DNA of 64,000 bases from assembly GCA_918797485.1 (NCBI GenBank), contig CAKKNE010000002.1, positions 992,001 to 1,056,000 on the forward strand, given 5' to 3'. This DNA comes from Pelagomonas calceolata (Eukaryota). Position numbers and translations under genes: made by a program. Below, in pieces: positions 21,995 to 33,001 of this stretch. The first letter of the stretch is position 1. Each line of letters begins with the position of its first letter. Below the pieces are notes generated by a model. That model was not told the origin of the DNA. It made no database searches and saw nothing but the letters and a program-made list of their open reading frames with translations.

Positions 21995-22520
21995 GGTTTG
22001 CTTTGCCGTCGCCGGCCGCTGTGGTGTGTCGCCGCGGTTCTCTCGCGCCGTCCGCGGCGCCAGATGGGATCGCGCTGGGACGCGCGCTATGAGGATCCGA
22101 CTGGCAGGTTTGAAAATGAGATACAGGGGGCCCGAATCGCACGGCGCAAGCGCGGCGCGTCGATTCTGCTTGAACGGATCTTCAATAATTTACCACTGGC
22201 GCTCGCTCCGCCTGTCTCAGGCGCGCGCGGCCGCCGCACACAAATATGCCCCTGGAGTGTAAAACAGGTTTTGAACGGATCAATCCAACACGAACATGGA
22301 CGTCTATATAGACGCCTTCCAATAATCCTCGCACCCCGCCGACGCATAGAATTCAAAGACACTCTAGCGCTGTAAACTCCCAAGGAGGCCCAGCTGCTGG
22401 CTGCCGCATCTGCTGGCAGCGGCGAAAACGCTCCCAAATAGATTCGGGGGCTACGCAAAACACAGCGATTCGAGGGGCTGCCCGCCGGCCCTGAGTCGGA
22501 GCGGTCTCAGACAGGGGAGC

Positions 22521-24578
22521 ATGGCAGCCCTCCCCCGCCCCCGCACCCACTACGCCGCCGCCGCCGCGAATCGCTGGCTCCTCCCCGAAGAGATCCTCGA
22601 CCTCTTGACCCACGCCGGCCGCCTGAACCTCCAGACGTCCGGCGCGGCGCCGGACCGGCCGCCGAGTGGCGCGTGCTACCTGTTTGATCGACGGGTCTGC
22701 CGACGCTTCCGGGCCGACGGCCACGGCTGGACGAGCCGCGGCGATAGTAATCGCGTGCGCGAGGACCACGTGCGGCTCCGCGTGGACGGTACTCCGAGAG
22801 TGGCCGCGGCACATGCCCACCACGCCGACGACCCGCAGTTCCACCGGAGGACCTACCAGCTCATCGACGAGGGGGCGCCGTTGTCCTTGGTCCACTATCG
22901 CCGCGTCTTGCCAAGAGAGGCCGGGGCGCGCGTCGTCAGAAGGCGCGAAGCGGAGCGCCAGAGCGCGCTCCTACAATCGTCGGCCATGGACACGGACCTG
23001 AGCACGTGGGCGGCCGTCTTCGGCGAGGACGACACGAGCCACGAGTTACGAGCGTCGCCCGTCGCGGTGGACTGCCTGTCTTCTGTCAAGCATCCACCGT
23101 CCACGATCCAACGCGTCGAGCCGCCGCCGGCGCCTGTTGTGAAGAGGTCAATAGCGGACGTCGCGCCCCGGCGGTGTGGCTTGGTGGAGACGACGTTCCT
23201 CATTTGCGTCGACGCGCCGCTCGACCCCTTGCAAAGCGGGGAGCGGCTCGCGGTGCGGTTCAGCGGCGGCCTCGACGTCATCACGCCCGCCACAAAAGTG
23301 AACCCCTACTGCGTGCGCTGCGTTTTGAAGCCGCAAGCCGCGGGCCGGGCGACTTTGGAAGTTGTCGCGGCGCGCGGGTCCATCGCGCGGCCGCTGACGA
23401 AGGTTGATGGGGACGGCGTGACCGTCGGGCCGCCGGCGCCCGCGGACGCGGCGCTGGACCAGGTGAGGCCTGCGCCAACGCCCGCGGACGCTGCGATGGA
23501 CGACGAGGCGCCGGTCGCAAACGAGGCGCGGCCGTCGAAGCGCGCGGCGACCGACGACGACGCCGCGCGGCGAAGGACGGACGAGGCGGCGACCGAACGG
23601 CCGGCGGACGGCGGCCGGCAAAGCTCCGCACCACGCGTCCCGCTGCACCTCGACGCCTTCGACGCGAACACTCTATCAGCGTTAAGTGATTCCGAGCTCG
23701 ACGCGGCCGTCGAGCAGCTCATGCTACGGGTGGTCGGCCAGATGGGCCGGCTCGCCGCCACGCCGCAAGACCTGCGGGACGAATTGGATGCGCCCGATGC
23801 TCACGGCCTGTCGTTGTGTCATTACTGCGCGCTGTACGGTCTGGCGGACCTCGTGGACGCCCTCATATCAAAAGGCGCATCACCTGATGGGGCCCCTGGA
23901 TGCGGCGAGACGCCGTTGCATCTCGCGGCGGCGGCGGGCAAGGGCGAGACGGTCTCCGTGCTGCTAAAGCGCGGCGCGGATCCAGGGAGGAGGGACGCCC
24001 GGGGCCGGACGGCGCGCGACGTCGCTCATGATAGAGGACATATTCAACTCGCTGAAGCATTGGGGTCCGAGACGACGCGGCGCCCGTCCCTCGAGGACGC
24101 GCCTTCTGTACCGTCCGAGGCGGCTTTACTGCATATGGCCTTCTCGTCGCTGTCCATACGCGAGAAGTGCGCGTTGGCACTCGCGAAGAGGGATAGAAGC
24201 GACAGTGTCTCCGTCATCACGGACTCGAGCGACCAGGAGTCCTTGGATGCGGCCGTGACGTTGCTCGCGCCGGACGAGCGCCAACTACTGGAAGCCGAGG
24301 CCGTGACCGTCACAGCAAATGCCCGCGCGTGGATCGCGCGGCGGCACTTCGTGAAAGTCAGGGATGCGGCGCGAACCTTGGAGGCGCGCTGGCTCGAGCA
24401 CCGGAAGCGGGAACGCTCGTCCCTCGAAAAGATCCCCGAAGACAGTGAACCCCTCACGAAGTTCCAGGCCGCGGCGCGCGGCGCGCTCGCGCGCGGCCAG
24501 CTGGCCACGATCAAGGCCCAGATGCTCGCTTTATTGGTCATCTCGCGGGGGTTCCGGGATAAGTTGAGGAATCCTTAG
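22521..24578 (+). CDS. CAMTA-like transcription factor (CG-1, TIG, ankyrin, IQ)
   Basis: RWLLPEEI..L, PPSG...LFDRR..RRFRADGHGW, FHRRTY, LVHYR; ankyrin GETPLHLAA; IQ-like C-terminus. Confidence 0.9.
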   Translation: MAALPRPRTHYAAAAANRWLLPEEILDLLTHAGRLNLQTSGAAPDRPPSGACYLFDRRVCRRFRADGHGWTSRGDSNRVREDHVRLRVDGTPRVAAAHAHHADDPQFHRRTYQLIDEGAPLSLVHYRRVLPREAGARVVRRREAERQSALLQSSAMDTDLSTWAAVFGEDDTSHELRASPVAVDCLSSVKHPPSTIQRVEPPPAPVVKRSIADVAPRRCGLVETTFLICVDAPLDPLQSGERLAVRFSGGLDVITPATKVNPYCVRCVLKPQAAGRATLEVVAARGSIARPLTKVDGDGVTVGPPAPADAALDQVRPAPTPADAAMDDEAPVANEARPSKRAATDDDAARRRTDEAATERPADGGRQSSAPRVPLHLDAFDANTLSALSDSELDAAVEQLMLRVVGQMGRLAATPQDLRDELDAPDAHGLSLCHYCALYGLADLVDALISKGASPDGAPGCGETPLHLAAAAGKGETVSVLLKRGADPGRRDARGRTARDVAHDRGHIQLAEALGSETTRRPSLEDAPSVPSEAALLHMAFSSLSIREKCALALAKRDRSDSVSVITDSSDQESLDAAVTLLAPDERQLLEAEAVTVTANARAWIARRHFVKVRDAARTLEARWLEHRKRERSSLEKIPEDSEPLTKFQAAARGALARGQLATIKAQMLALLVISRGFRDKLRNP

Positions 24579-25598
24579 TTAAAGGAATATGCGCATGGCG
24601 TGGAGCACGGGCGCGCGGCAGACGGGGCACGCGTCGGCGTCGTCGCGTTTGAGGTATGTGGCGACGCACCGGCCGCACAATACATGACCGCAGGGCACGA
24701 GCGCCGTGTCGCGGCCCGGCTGCAGGCAGCACGGGCACTCCGCGGCGTTATTTGTTTGTTGTATGGGCGGCGGCGGTGGCGGCGGCTGTATGGTTGTTGC
24801 TGGTGTCCCGATGGGCGCGACGATCGTCCCGAAGGGGTTACTACTACGGCCCGACGACGACGACGCCATGGTATCAGTAGGAGGCGTGAAGACGGGGTCC
24901 TCCTGTCTATCGTCGTCGCGCCACTCGCCGTAGCCGTAGGGCCCGACGATCCCATCGGCACTGAGCGTCCCGAAACTCTCGTTCCTTTTGACGGTAGGTA
25001 TTTGGGGCGCCGACGGCGGTTCCGAGGCGTCGGGCTCCTTCTTTGGTGGAGATGCCGGGGGCGTCACGACCGCGGCAGGAGGGTCAGGTTCGAGCACGGG
25101 CGCCTGGGAGGCATCCAAAGGTCGCACCTCCCGCGCGACGGTCGCGCCGTTGTGGCTTCCCAGCGCGTAGGCCACCAAGGAACTCGGCGGCAGCCGCAGC
25201 GGCACGGACGGATGCGAAAACGCGGAGCGGTGCGCCATGATGTTCTTCTTGCGGTCCGTCTCGCCGAGTGGTCTTATAAAACCGAAGCCCTGGGGCTTGT
25301 AGAAGAGGAGCTCCCCGACCTCTCTTCTAGAGGCTCCGATGAGCCGGGCGGCCGCCTCGGCGTCCAATCCCAACGTTTCCAGATCGTCCTGATCTACAGT
25401 TTTCATGCCGGCGTAGTCCAAATGTTTTAGTTTTTGCGCGTGCTTCCCGAGGCTCAGCCGCGACAATAACTCAGGCAGGCACCTTTCTTCCCTCGTCCGG
25501 CCCGGCGTCTTCACGGGATCGCGCGCGCGGCGGCCGCGGCCCCGGCCGCGGCCGCGCTTGCCTCTTGCAGGGGGCTGCTCGATGAGTGCGAAGCCCAT
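24579..25598 (-). CDS. SAM-like + cold-shock domain + RING finger protein
   Basis: LLSRLSLGKH..DLETLGL; GFGFI..IMAHRSA; CPCC..PCGHVLCGRC..CPVCR. Confidence 0.8.
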   Translation of the reverse strand: MGFALIEQPPARGKRGRGRGRGRRARDPVKTPGRTREERCLPELLSRLSLGKHAQKLKHLDYAGMKTVDQDDLETLGLDAEAAARLIGASRREVGELLFYKPQGFGFIRPLGETDRKKNIMAHRSAFSHPSVPLRLPPSSLVAYALGSHNGATVAREVRPLDASQAPVLEPDPPAAVVTPPASPPKKEPDASEPPSAPQIPTVKRNESFGTLSADGIVGPYGYGEWRDDDRQEDPVFTPPTDTMASSSSGRSSNPFGTIVAPIGTPATTIQPPPPPPPIQQTNNAAECPCCLQPGRDTALVPCGHVLCGRCVATYLKRDDADACPVCRAPVLHAMRIFL

Positions 25599-25942
25599 GG
25601 GCCCTGTGCCTCCCGAAAGTCTCGGTTCTTTTGCAAGGGCCGCTTTGCCTTTTGTTAGGCAGCCTCACCAGGTACCTTCCTGGCACCGGGCAGCCTCTGC
25701 TCGGCCCGCGCGGCCGATAGCCAGACGCGACACTCTGCGAGCTGATGAGACTTGCAGCCTGAGTAGATGAATGCTAGTAGCTAGCCGGCCGGCGCCGGGC
25801 ATAGCCATCGCATACATGAAGACGACTGCGCGGACCCGTCCCGGGCGCCTGGACGGGTCGGTGGCTTCCGGGCTCGCTGCCGCCTCGGCAGCCGGTTTGG
25901 TGGCTGCCCAAGCGGCAAAAGAGCTGCCCAAAAGCCGCAACC

Positions 25943-28813
25943 ATGGCCACGGAGTACCTGCGCGTGCTGGTCAACACCGTAGCCATCCGCGACGAGCCGG
26001 GCAGCACGGACCGCCTCGGCGACTTTACCAAAAATGACGCGGTGAAGCTCATAAAACCATGTACGAGCGACGGCGTGCCGGAGTGGGTCGAGGTCGACAT
26101 GGTCGGGGCCATCCGCGAGCCCGCGGAGGAGGGCCGCGAGAGACCATCGAAAGGCTTCGTGCGGACGCGGAACCGCGTCGCCACGCTCCTCGAGCCGTGG
26201 ACCGATTCTACAGAAGCGTCAAAAGCTCGGGACGACCAGGCGGCGAAGCGCAACGACGGCACGTCGTGGTTCAAGTCGGCGACGCGGACGGCCGCCTCGG
26301 CGGCCTCGCACGCGAAGCCTTTGTTAGCTGGTGGCCGCGAGGAGTACGAGCGGCGCCAGCGCCTGCACGCGGCCGCCTCGGACTTAATAAGGGAGTGTCG
26401 CATGGGGCCCGTCGCCCTGCGCCAGAAGCTCCTCGATACGTTTGATGAAAAGGACTGGGCCGCCGCGCATTTAGCTGATGACAAGGTCCTGCGCGCTTTG
26501 CACTTCGTGGCCGAACGAGACGCGCGGGCGCCCGCCGTCGAGTCGCACGGGAGTGTACCAACGCCGCCGTCACCCGAGCAGAAGGTGCCCGTGCGCCCGC
26601 CGCCGTCGCCCGCGCGCGGGCTCGTGACCATTCGCGAAGAGCGCAAGATATACACAGGGCCCGGCTCGAGCACTTGCGAGCTGGGGCCCGCGACGGAAGT
26701 GAAGGGCGCGCTCGGCGCCCTCGTCGCCGATTCCGACGTCTTCGGCGAGCTCTGGGTGCGGCTGCCCTTCGCGAGCCGCGCGGCGCTCGCCCAGGCGGCG
26801 CGCGGCGTCTGCAAGGCCGCGCGCGGTGTGCCGTGGCGGCGCCAGTGCGTGGCTTTGGCTGATGCGTGCGGTGTATTAGATGCGGCGTTCGGCGACGGCG
26901 CCACGGATGCCGTGGACGACGCCGCCTGGCGCGCGCGCTTCGTCGACGTCTGGACGCGGCGGCGCCACAAGTGGCGCGGCGGCGCGGACCCGGGCGGCTC
27001 GTTCTCCATACGGGCCGTCGTGCGCTTCCGGCCGCGCCTCGTGGCGGCTTCGGAGACGGACCACGGTGGCGTCTTCCTGCCGTTGCACCAGCGGCTCCAG
27101 CTCCGCAAACTCGGCCACAACACGCCGTGCCTCGAGGCAGAAGTGTCTGAACGCATCGGTCTTGTGAATGAGTCGGTGGAGACCTACGCGGACCGCCAGA
27201 AGAGGCGCCGCTCGGAAGCGCGGCGCAACACGGAGGCGCTCCGCCGAGCCAAGAAAGAAGGCAAGCGCCTGAACAGCGAGAACGTCCACCCGAACTGCGA
27301 GCCCGCGCCGGCCGCCGCCGAGGCGCCGGCGCCGGCGCCCGTGCCCGAGGCGCCCGCGCCGATCACCGCCGAGGCGCCCGCGCCCGCTGTGGAGGCCCCC
27401 GCGCCGGCGCCCGCGGAAGAAGAGGCCCCGCGAGGCGCCTTCGCGGCCGCGGCCGCCGTCTCCGCCAAGGTCGTCGGCGTCGAAAGCCAGAGGGTGCTGG
27501 TCGGCGTCCCGGGCACGGGTCTGTCCTACTTCAACTTCGAGCGGGTATTAGACGGCGACGCCAATCAAGAAAGCTCCTACGAAACATCCTGCGCCCCGCT
27601 CGTCAAGAGCTTTTGTGATGGGACGAACGGGTGCCTGCTAGCCTACGGCCAGACCGGCTCAGGTAAAACACATACGATGTTCGGGCCCCCGGACACTTTA
27701 AGTGACGCGTGCCACGCGCCGGGCTCGGAGCTCTCTCGAAATGCGGGTGTGGTGCCCCGGGCGCTCGCGGACTGTTTGAAGGCCGTGGAAGGGGCGAAGG
27801 AAAGAGGGGCTTGTGTCAATGCCACTCTATCGTTCACCTACCTCGAGCTGTACCGGGAGCAGCTCACGGATCTGATGACGGGCGAGAAGGTCTCTCTTTA
27901 TAGAGTCGGCAAGGGCGCGGCGGCGGACGAGTATAGGGAGCAGGCCGGGTGCGACGACGACGTGCTGCTGGGCAACGCGACGCACTTCGACGTCACGGCA
28001 CACGGCGCTAAGAAGGCGTGGGCGGCCTTAGCCGAGGCGGAAGGTCGCAAGAGGCGGGCCGCGACGGCCATGAACGCTCGTTCTTCGCGCGCGCACACCG
28101 TCTTCGCCCTCAGCCTGACGCAGCGCCGCTCGATCAATGAAGCGGTCTTATCGTCGAAGCTCTACCTCTGCGACCTCGGCGGGAGCGAGCAGGTCAAGAA
28201 GTCCAAGGCGACCGGGCAACGCTTCCAGGAGGCCGTCGAGATCAATCGCTCGCTGACGGTGCTCGGCCGCGTCGTCGACGCCTTAGTAAGAAAGAACAAG
28301 TACCACGTGCCCTACTACGAGAGTCGCCTGACCACCTTGCTGCAGCCGGCCTTCGGCGGCAACGCGCGGACCACGATTTTGATCGCGGCGTCGCCGGACG
28401 ACAAGGACGGCGACGAGGCGCTCGCGGCGCTGCGCTTCGGGCGGCGGTGCGCTCGCATCGAGAACTCGACGAAATGTTCGACGGCGAACATGAAGGAAGT
28501 CCTCGAGCACCTCGAGGGGCAGATTGGTGACGCGAAGAAAGAGTTGGCAACCTTGGAGGCGCGCGGCGCGAAACAGCGAGCGGAAGCGGAGGCGTCGGAT
28601 GCGACGCTGCGAGGCATGGGCGCCGGCCACAACGCGGCGTCGCGATTGCAAGCCGTTTCGCACCAAGACGACACGGGCGGCGACGTCACCAAGGAGTCGC
28701 GCCTCGCGGGTGCCAAGGGGTATACGCACGTCGACGACGACGCGGGCCAGTACGTCATCCTGACGCAGAAGCTCGCGGCGCTCGAGGCGCGACGACGGCT
28801 CGTCGTCGGTTGA
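25943..28813 (+). CDS. Kinesin motor protein with long N-terminal extension
   Basis: AYGQTGSGKTHTM, NARSSRAH, DLGGSE, INRSL, HVPYYESRLT. Confidence 0.93.
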   Translation: MATEYLRVLVNTVAIRDEPGSTDRLGDFTKNDAVKLIKPCTSDGVPEWVEVDMVGAIREPAEEGRERPSKGFVRTRNRVATLLEPWTDSTEASKARDDQAAKRNDGTSWFKSATRTAASAASHAKPLLAGGREEYERRQRLHAAASDLIRECRMGPVALRQKLLDTFDEKDWAAAHLADDKVLRALHFVAERDARAPAVESHGSVPTPPSPEQKVPVRPPPSPARGLVTIREERKIYTGPGSSTCELGPATEVKGALGALVADSDVFGELWVRLPFASRAALAQAARGVCKAARGVPWRRQCVALADACGVLDAAFGDGATDAVDDAAWRARFVDVWTRRRHKWRGGADPGGSFSIRAVVRFRPRLVAASETDHGGVFLPLHQRLQLRKLGHNTPCLEAEVSERIGLVNESVETYADRQKRRRSEARRNTEALRRAKKEGKRLNSENVHPNCEPAPAAAEAPAPAPVPEAPAPITAEAPAPAVEAPAPAPAEEEAPRGAFAAAAAVSAKVVGVESQRVLVGVPGTGLSYFNFERVLDGDANQESSYETSCAPLVKSFCDGTNGCLLAYGQTGSGKTHTMFGPPDTLSDACHAPGSELSRNAGVVPRALADCLKAVEGAKERGACVNATLSFTYLELYREQLTDLMTGEKVSLYRVGKGAAADEYREQAGCDDDVLLGNATHFDVTAHGAKKAWAALAEAEGRKRRAATAMNARSSRAHTVFALSLTQRRSINEAVLSSKLYLCDLGGSEQVKKSKATGQRFQEAVEINRSLTVLGRVVDALVRKNKYHVPYYESRLTTLLQPAFGGNARTTILIAASPDDKDGDEALAALRFGRRCARIENSTKCSTANMKEVLEHLEGQIGDAKKELATLEARGAKQRAEAEASDATLRGMGAGHNAASRLQAVSHQDDTGGDVTKESRLAGAKGYTHVDDDAGQYVILTQKLAALEARRRLVVG

Positions 28814-28853
28814 TTGATTGTTCATAGCCCTCCCCCCGATTAAGTCACAAGTT

Positions 28854-29846
28854 TTAATTCGCCGGCTTCGCGTCCGCCGACGGCCTCGCCTGTTCGGCGA
28901 CGCGCCCCATGAGTACACGAACACCACCGATCGCGGCATCGCGCCAGAGACCAATCCCCTGAGGCTCCATGTAGAGGCTGTTCCTGAGCCGGAACGACCG
29001 CGAGACCTCGATCGCGACGGCCGCGTGTGGCTCGTCGTCCAGCTCCTCGGCAGCGCTGTCGATGGCGGCAAGGACCTCGCTGACGGGCGGCGCCGCCGGG
29101 TTCCGCGACGGCGTGAAACCGAGCCTTCGCTCGTCCGCGCTGAAGCCGATGGACGCCTCAAATGCGAGCTCGCCGACGTGCGCGCCGAGGATGTGGCCAA
29201 GCAGTAGGTCTCCGTTCAAAGCGTCGACGGCACGCACCCTTCGCGCGAATTGGACCGTGCCCGGCGACCAGTAGTGCTCTTCGGCGTCCGGCTCCTCGCC
29301 CAACTCGACGATTTCTGGGCGATCGGCCTTGAGCGCTGCCGCGAGCGCCGGCGCGCGCCTCAAACCGTCGCCGTGCTCTTGCCAGAACTGCGCGGCGACG
29401 CCTTGCAGCGACGAGAAGTCCTCGAGTTCACCCTCTGCCGTTGGGGCTCTGTCCAGCGCCGCCACCTGCGCGTCGAGGCAGGCCTCGAGGACGCCGTAGG
29501 CGCGGTGCAGGACCGTCAGATGCGTCGTGCGGGTCCGCGGCGACGCCAATGATCTGAGAGCGCCCAACCGCAGGCGCCGCGCGTCGCGCCGCGAGTTGTG
29601 GATGCCGAAGCCGATCTTTTCGAGCAAGCGCTTGCGCTTGTAATGCGAGAGCGCATTGGTTTCGCTGGATAGGAGGCGTCGCTGTGACTGCAGCGCACTA
29701 CTGCTGGGCGCCGCGCCGCGCGCGAACACCCCGCGGGAGAGCACGCGTCGCTGAGGAGGCGGGAGAGCAGTGCTGAGCAGACGGCATTGCGGCGCTCCTT
29801 GCGCCACAGGAATGGACAGCCGCTGCGTGGCGGCTCTGAGCATCAT
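28854..29846 (-). CDS. Divergent heme-oxygenase-like protein with a mitochondrial-type presequence
   Basis: Arg/Ser-rich N-terminus; AYGVLE..LD, LRRAPAL...L, LLGHILGAHVGEL resemble HO-fold motifs. Confidence 0.45.
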   Translation of the reverse strand: MMLRAATQRLSIPVAQGAPQCRLLSTALPPPQRRVLSRGVFARGAAPSSSALQSQRRLLSSETNALSHYKRKRLLEKIGFGIHNSRRDARRLRLGALRSLASPRTRTTHLTVLHRAYGVLEACLDAQVAALDRAPTAEGELEDFSSLQGVAAQFWQEHGDGLRRAPALAAALKADRPEIVELGEEPDAEEHYWSPGTVQFARRVRAVDALNGDLLLGHILGAHVGELAFEASIGFSADERRLGFTPSRNPAAPPVSEVLAAIDSAAEELDDEPHAAVAIEVSRSFRLRNSLYMEPQGIGLWRDAAIGGVRVLMGRVAEQARPSADAKPAN

Positions 29847-29921
29847 TTACCCGCGTATGACGACCGCGTTTCGGCCCTAGACGACGCGTGCGCTGGTTAA
29901 AAGCTTGCCTGGCCAAAACCG

Positions 29922-29944
29922 GCTAGTGTCTTACAGGTCGCTAG
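29922..29944 (+). promoter_or_regulatory. CTAG-N14-CTAG upstream element
   Basis: GCTAGTGTCTTACAGGTCGCTAG, divergent gap. Confidence 0.8.
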
Positions 29945-30161
29945 GTGCGGAGATTAGTCGACAAATTGAGCCCAGCGGACGCGGGACGACCGTCCTCTCG
30001 CGCGCCGAAGCTCTCGGTTTAGTATATCCACTGCGGAGCTCGTCAGCAACCAAGCGCGGGCGCCCGGCGGACTCCCCTCAGCACATTCACCACCAGCGGC
30101 TGCAAGGTCGCCGCGCGCGACAGCAAATCCGCGCGCCACAGCGCCGCACCTACGCGCAACC

Positions 30162-30425
30162 ATGGGCGGCGGCCACGACCTGCCGACGACGCCTGCCACG
30201 CGCACGGAAATGGCGGATGCGAACCTTGCGGTCGCATACCGCGACGCCTGCGCCCACCTTCTTATCCCTTTGAACAAATGCCGGCGCAAGACGTTCTACA
30301 TGCCTTGGGAGTGCGGCCATCTGAGACATGAATACGAGCGCTGCCAGTACGTCGAGTGGCTCAAGCGGAGCAAAGACGAGACGGTCCGCGCGTCGGCCGC
30401 GGACGGCGGCGGCGGGCACCACTGA
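30162..30425 (+). CDS. NDUFB7: NADH dehydrogenase 1 beta subcomplex subunit 7 (B18)
   Basis: MG start; RDACAHLLIPLNKCRR...PWECGHLRHEYERCQY twin Cx9C. Confidence 0.95.
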   Translation: MGGGHDLPTTPATRTEMADANLAVAYRDACAHLLIPLNKCRRKTFYMPWECGHLRHEYERCQYVEWLKRSKDETVRASAADGGGGHH

Positions 30426-30850
30426 GAGCCGTCGCTTTCGCATTGTAACTATAAAACTAGTAATAGGAGTCCTGCGGGCGGGCGCGCGGGGGCTCGACGG
30501 CCTGATGTGCAGAGGAGCGCAGTGCCAATCGCGTGAGCCAGAGAGCTGCCAATATCGCACAAACCCATAGAAAATAGGCTCTCAACTAACGGTTTGCATC
30601 CCTTACGCCTGCAAAAAACACGACTTGCCTGACGTCGTGCTGCAGTGCCCAGCAGACTGCCAATTGAGGCATTGCTCTGTTAGACTGAAATAGCCCCACG
30701 ACTGCGCAACAACGCGTGAGCAACAGTTGAAAGTGCGCCACGGACCCCCCGACGCCGCTGCGCAAAGCGCCGAACTCGTACGGACGCCTGAACAAGGCGC
30801 CGACGACTCGCGTTACGACGGGGCAAAAAAAAAGCAAGCAGACGCCGACG

Positions 30851-32472
30851 ATGGCGGCGCGCGCCCGCCGCGGCGACAACAGCAAGCGCACGCTCTTCGT
30901 CACGCACCCCCACTGCGCGGAACACCGGATCGCCCACCACCCCGAGCAGCCCAAGCGCGTCGAGGCGATCGAGGCGGCCGTGCTTGCGCACTTCGGCGAG
31001 CGGTCCGCGGACTTCGCGCATGATCCATCACCGCCCGACGCCACCGCAGAAGCTCTAGGAAGGTTCCACACGAAGAAGCACCTTTCGAAGCTCGAGGGTC
31101 TATTCGACAAAGTCGAAGAGAGCGCGCAAGCGCCGCTCATGGACCCTAGAAGAGGCCGGACCAAGAGAAGGACGATGTTGTCGATTGATGAGGACACGGC
31201 CGTCATGCCCCGTTCAAGGGCAGCAGCTTTGAGCGCGGCGGGAGGGGCCTGCCGCGCCGTCGACGCCGTTCTAGGGCAAGAAAATTATCACAGTGCGTTT
31301 GCCTGTGTCAGACCGCCGGGCCACCACGCCACACCTTCGAGAGCCATGGGTTTTTGTCTCTACAACAATGCTGGAGTTGCGGCGCTCCACGCGAGAGCGA
31401 CGTACGGCATTCAACGAGTAGCTGTGGTAGATGTCGACGTGCACCACGGCAACGGGACCGAAGCCTTCTTCCGGGACGACGCGGATCTGTTCTACGCGTC
31501 CTTCCACCAGTCGGGCGACGACTTTTATCCAGGAACGGGCCTCGCCAAGGGCGCGAAGCAGGGTGCGATCTCGGCGTCCCGTCGTGTGGAGGTGCCTTCA
31601 CTTCCTTGGATGGACTCGTGGCCATCTCACGATGACGTGGGTCGTTTCTGTTTCGAGTTTGAGGCCGCATCGAGACCGCGATGCTCCGCGCAGGTTTCAG
31701 TCGAGGGCGGGAACTGAGCGTGAACGGCGCCAAAGTCGCCGGCGAGACGGGAATAAACAACAACGTCGTGAACTGTCCTCTGGGGAGAGGGGCTGGCTTG
31801 AGAGCTATCAGACGGGTGATGGAGGAGAAAATTCTACCGGCCTTATCCGCTTTTGCGCCTGGTTTGGTTATCATATCATTAGGATTCGACGCTTTAGCGA
31901 AGGACCCCATCGGTGGTCTTAATTTAGATCCGCACGACTACGCGTATCTTACACGCTCTATACAGGATGCTGCACAATGTAAACTCATCAGTGTCTTGGA
32001 AGGAGGGTACGACGTGAGAGAAATAGCGAGGGGTGCGGTGGCCCACGTTTCCGAATTAGCGCGCCTAGCGAAAGGAGCCAAGCCCTCGGACGACCTGCGG
32101 CGGCTGCGGGGCGCGTCGGTCATTTCCGAACTCTCGTCGGGCGAGTCCTGGGGCTCGGAGCAGTCGTATGGCGACGAGGACGACGACGTGAACACGCTCG
32201 TGGCGAACATGTCGCTCGATTCCGTCGCTGATGGAGCGATGGCGCGGTCGCCTACCGCCAACCGAATGAGCATGGACTCGGTGGCCGAGCGGCCGGCGAC
32301 GCCGCCCCTGCTGCCGCAGCCGCCACCTAGACGGTCTCCTAGAGGTGTTTCTCCGGGAGTGTTACCTGTCGAGTACGGCGCCGACGGGAGTCCATTAAGA
32401 CGGTCGCCGCGCGTGTCGAACGGCCACGCCGTTGCTTCCCAGCCGCCGCCGGCGATGCCGCGGATAGAGTAA
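30851..32472 (+). CDS. Histone deacetylase family protein (class II/AcuC-like); exons 30851-31562 and 31694-32472
   Basis: HPEQPKR, RPPGHHA, GFCLYNN, DVDVHHGNGT, GFDA...DPIG, LEGGY. Confidence 0.92.
31563..31693 (+). other. Spliceosomal intron (131 nt, phase 1)
   Basis: G|GTGCGA...CCGCGCAG|GT; restores frame between the two HDAC ORFs. Confidence 0.8.
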
Positions 32473-33001
32473 GATTTTAGCAAGACTCATACGCCGCCTC
32501 TGATGTCCCTGGAGGGTCGCCCTTCTTGGTGGGAAGCCTGCGCGGTGATCTTGTTACGGTGCTAGGACTAGTGGGTGGAGCCCCTGGGGGGGGAGAGAGA
32601 CCGCGTGTCACCGACTCCTCGGCGACGGACGCGGGCCGCGTCGATCATAACACTGGAGCACTTGTCGCCCTTGGGAAGCCCGCGCGGGGCGCCGCGAGGA
32701 AAGCGCCGACTGCTGTGAGCGCTACGGGTCCAAGACCTAGCACCGAGCCCTCCCGCGCCCCCCGGGCACCGCGGGGACCTCTGCGCTTGCCACATCTCGT
32801 GGCTAGTAGGATAATCTCGCGAAGGCTAGAGCGACACAACCGTCGAGCGCTGTCTGCCGGTAGGGCTGTAAAAGGAGGTGAAAAGGCTGCCCATTCATAA
32901 GGAAGAGGCCGGACAGCACCTCCACAGCGCGTCAACAGCCGGCGGGCACCGCAGCGCGCGACGCCGCCGCGGCGGGGCTGCCCTCGCAGCACGCACCAAC
33001 G

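Noticed and set aside
31563..31693. HDAC intron (and the 38087 and 14888 introns) as members of the TIR introner family
   Set aside because: No CTGTG-type TIR or 8-nt TSD; only a short imperfect internal hairpin.
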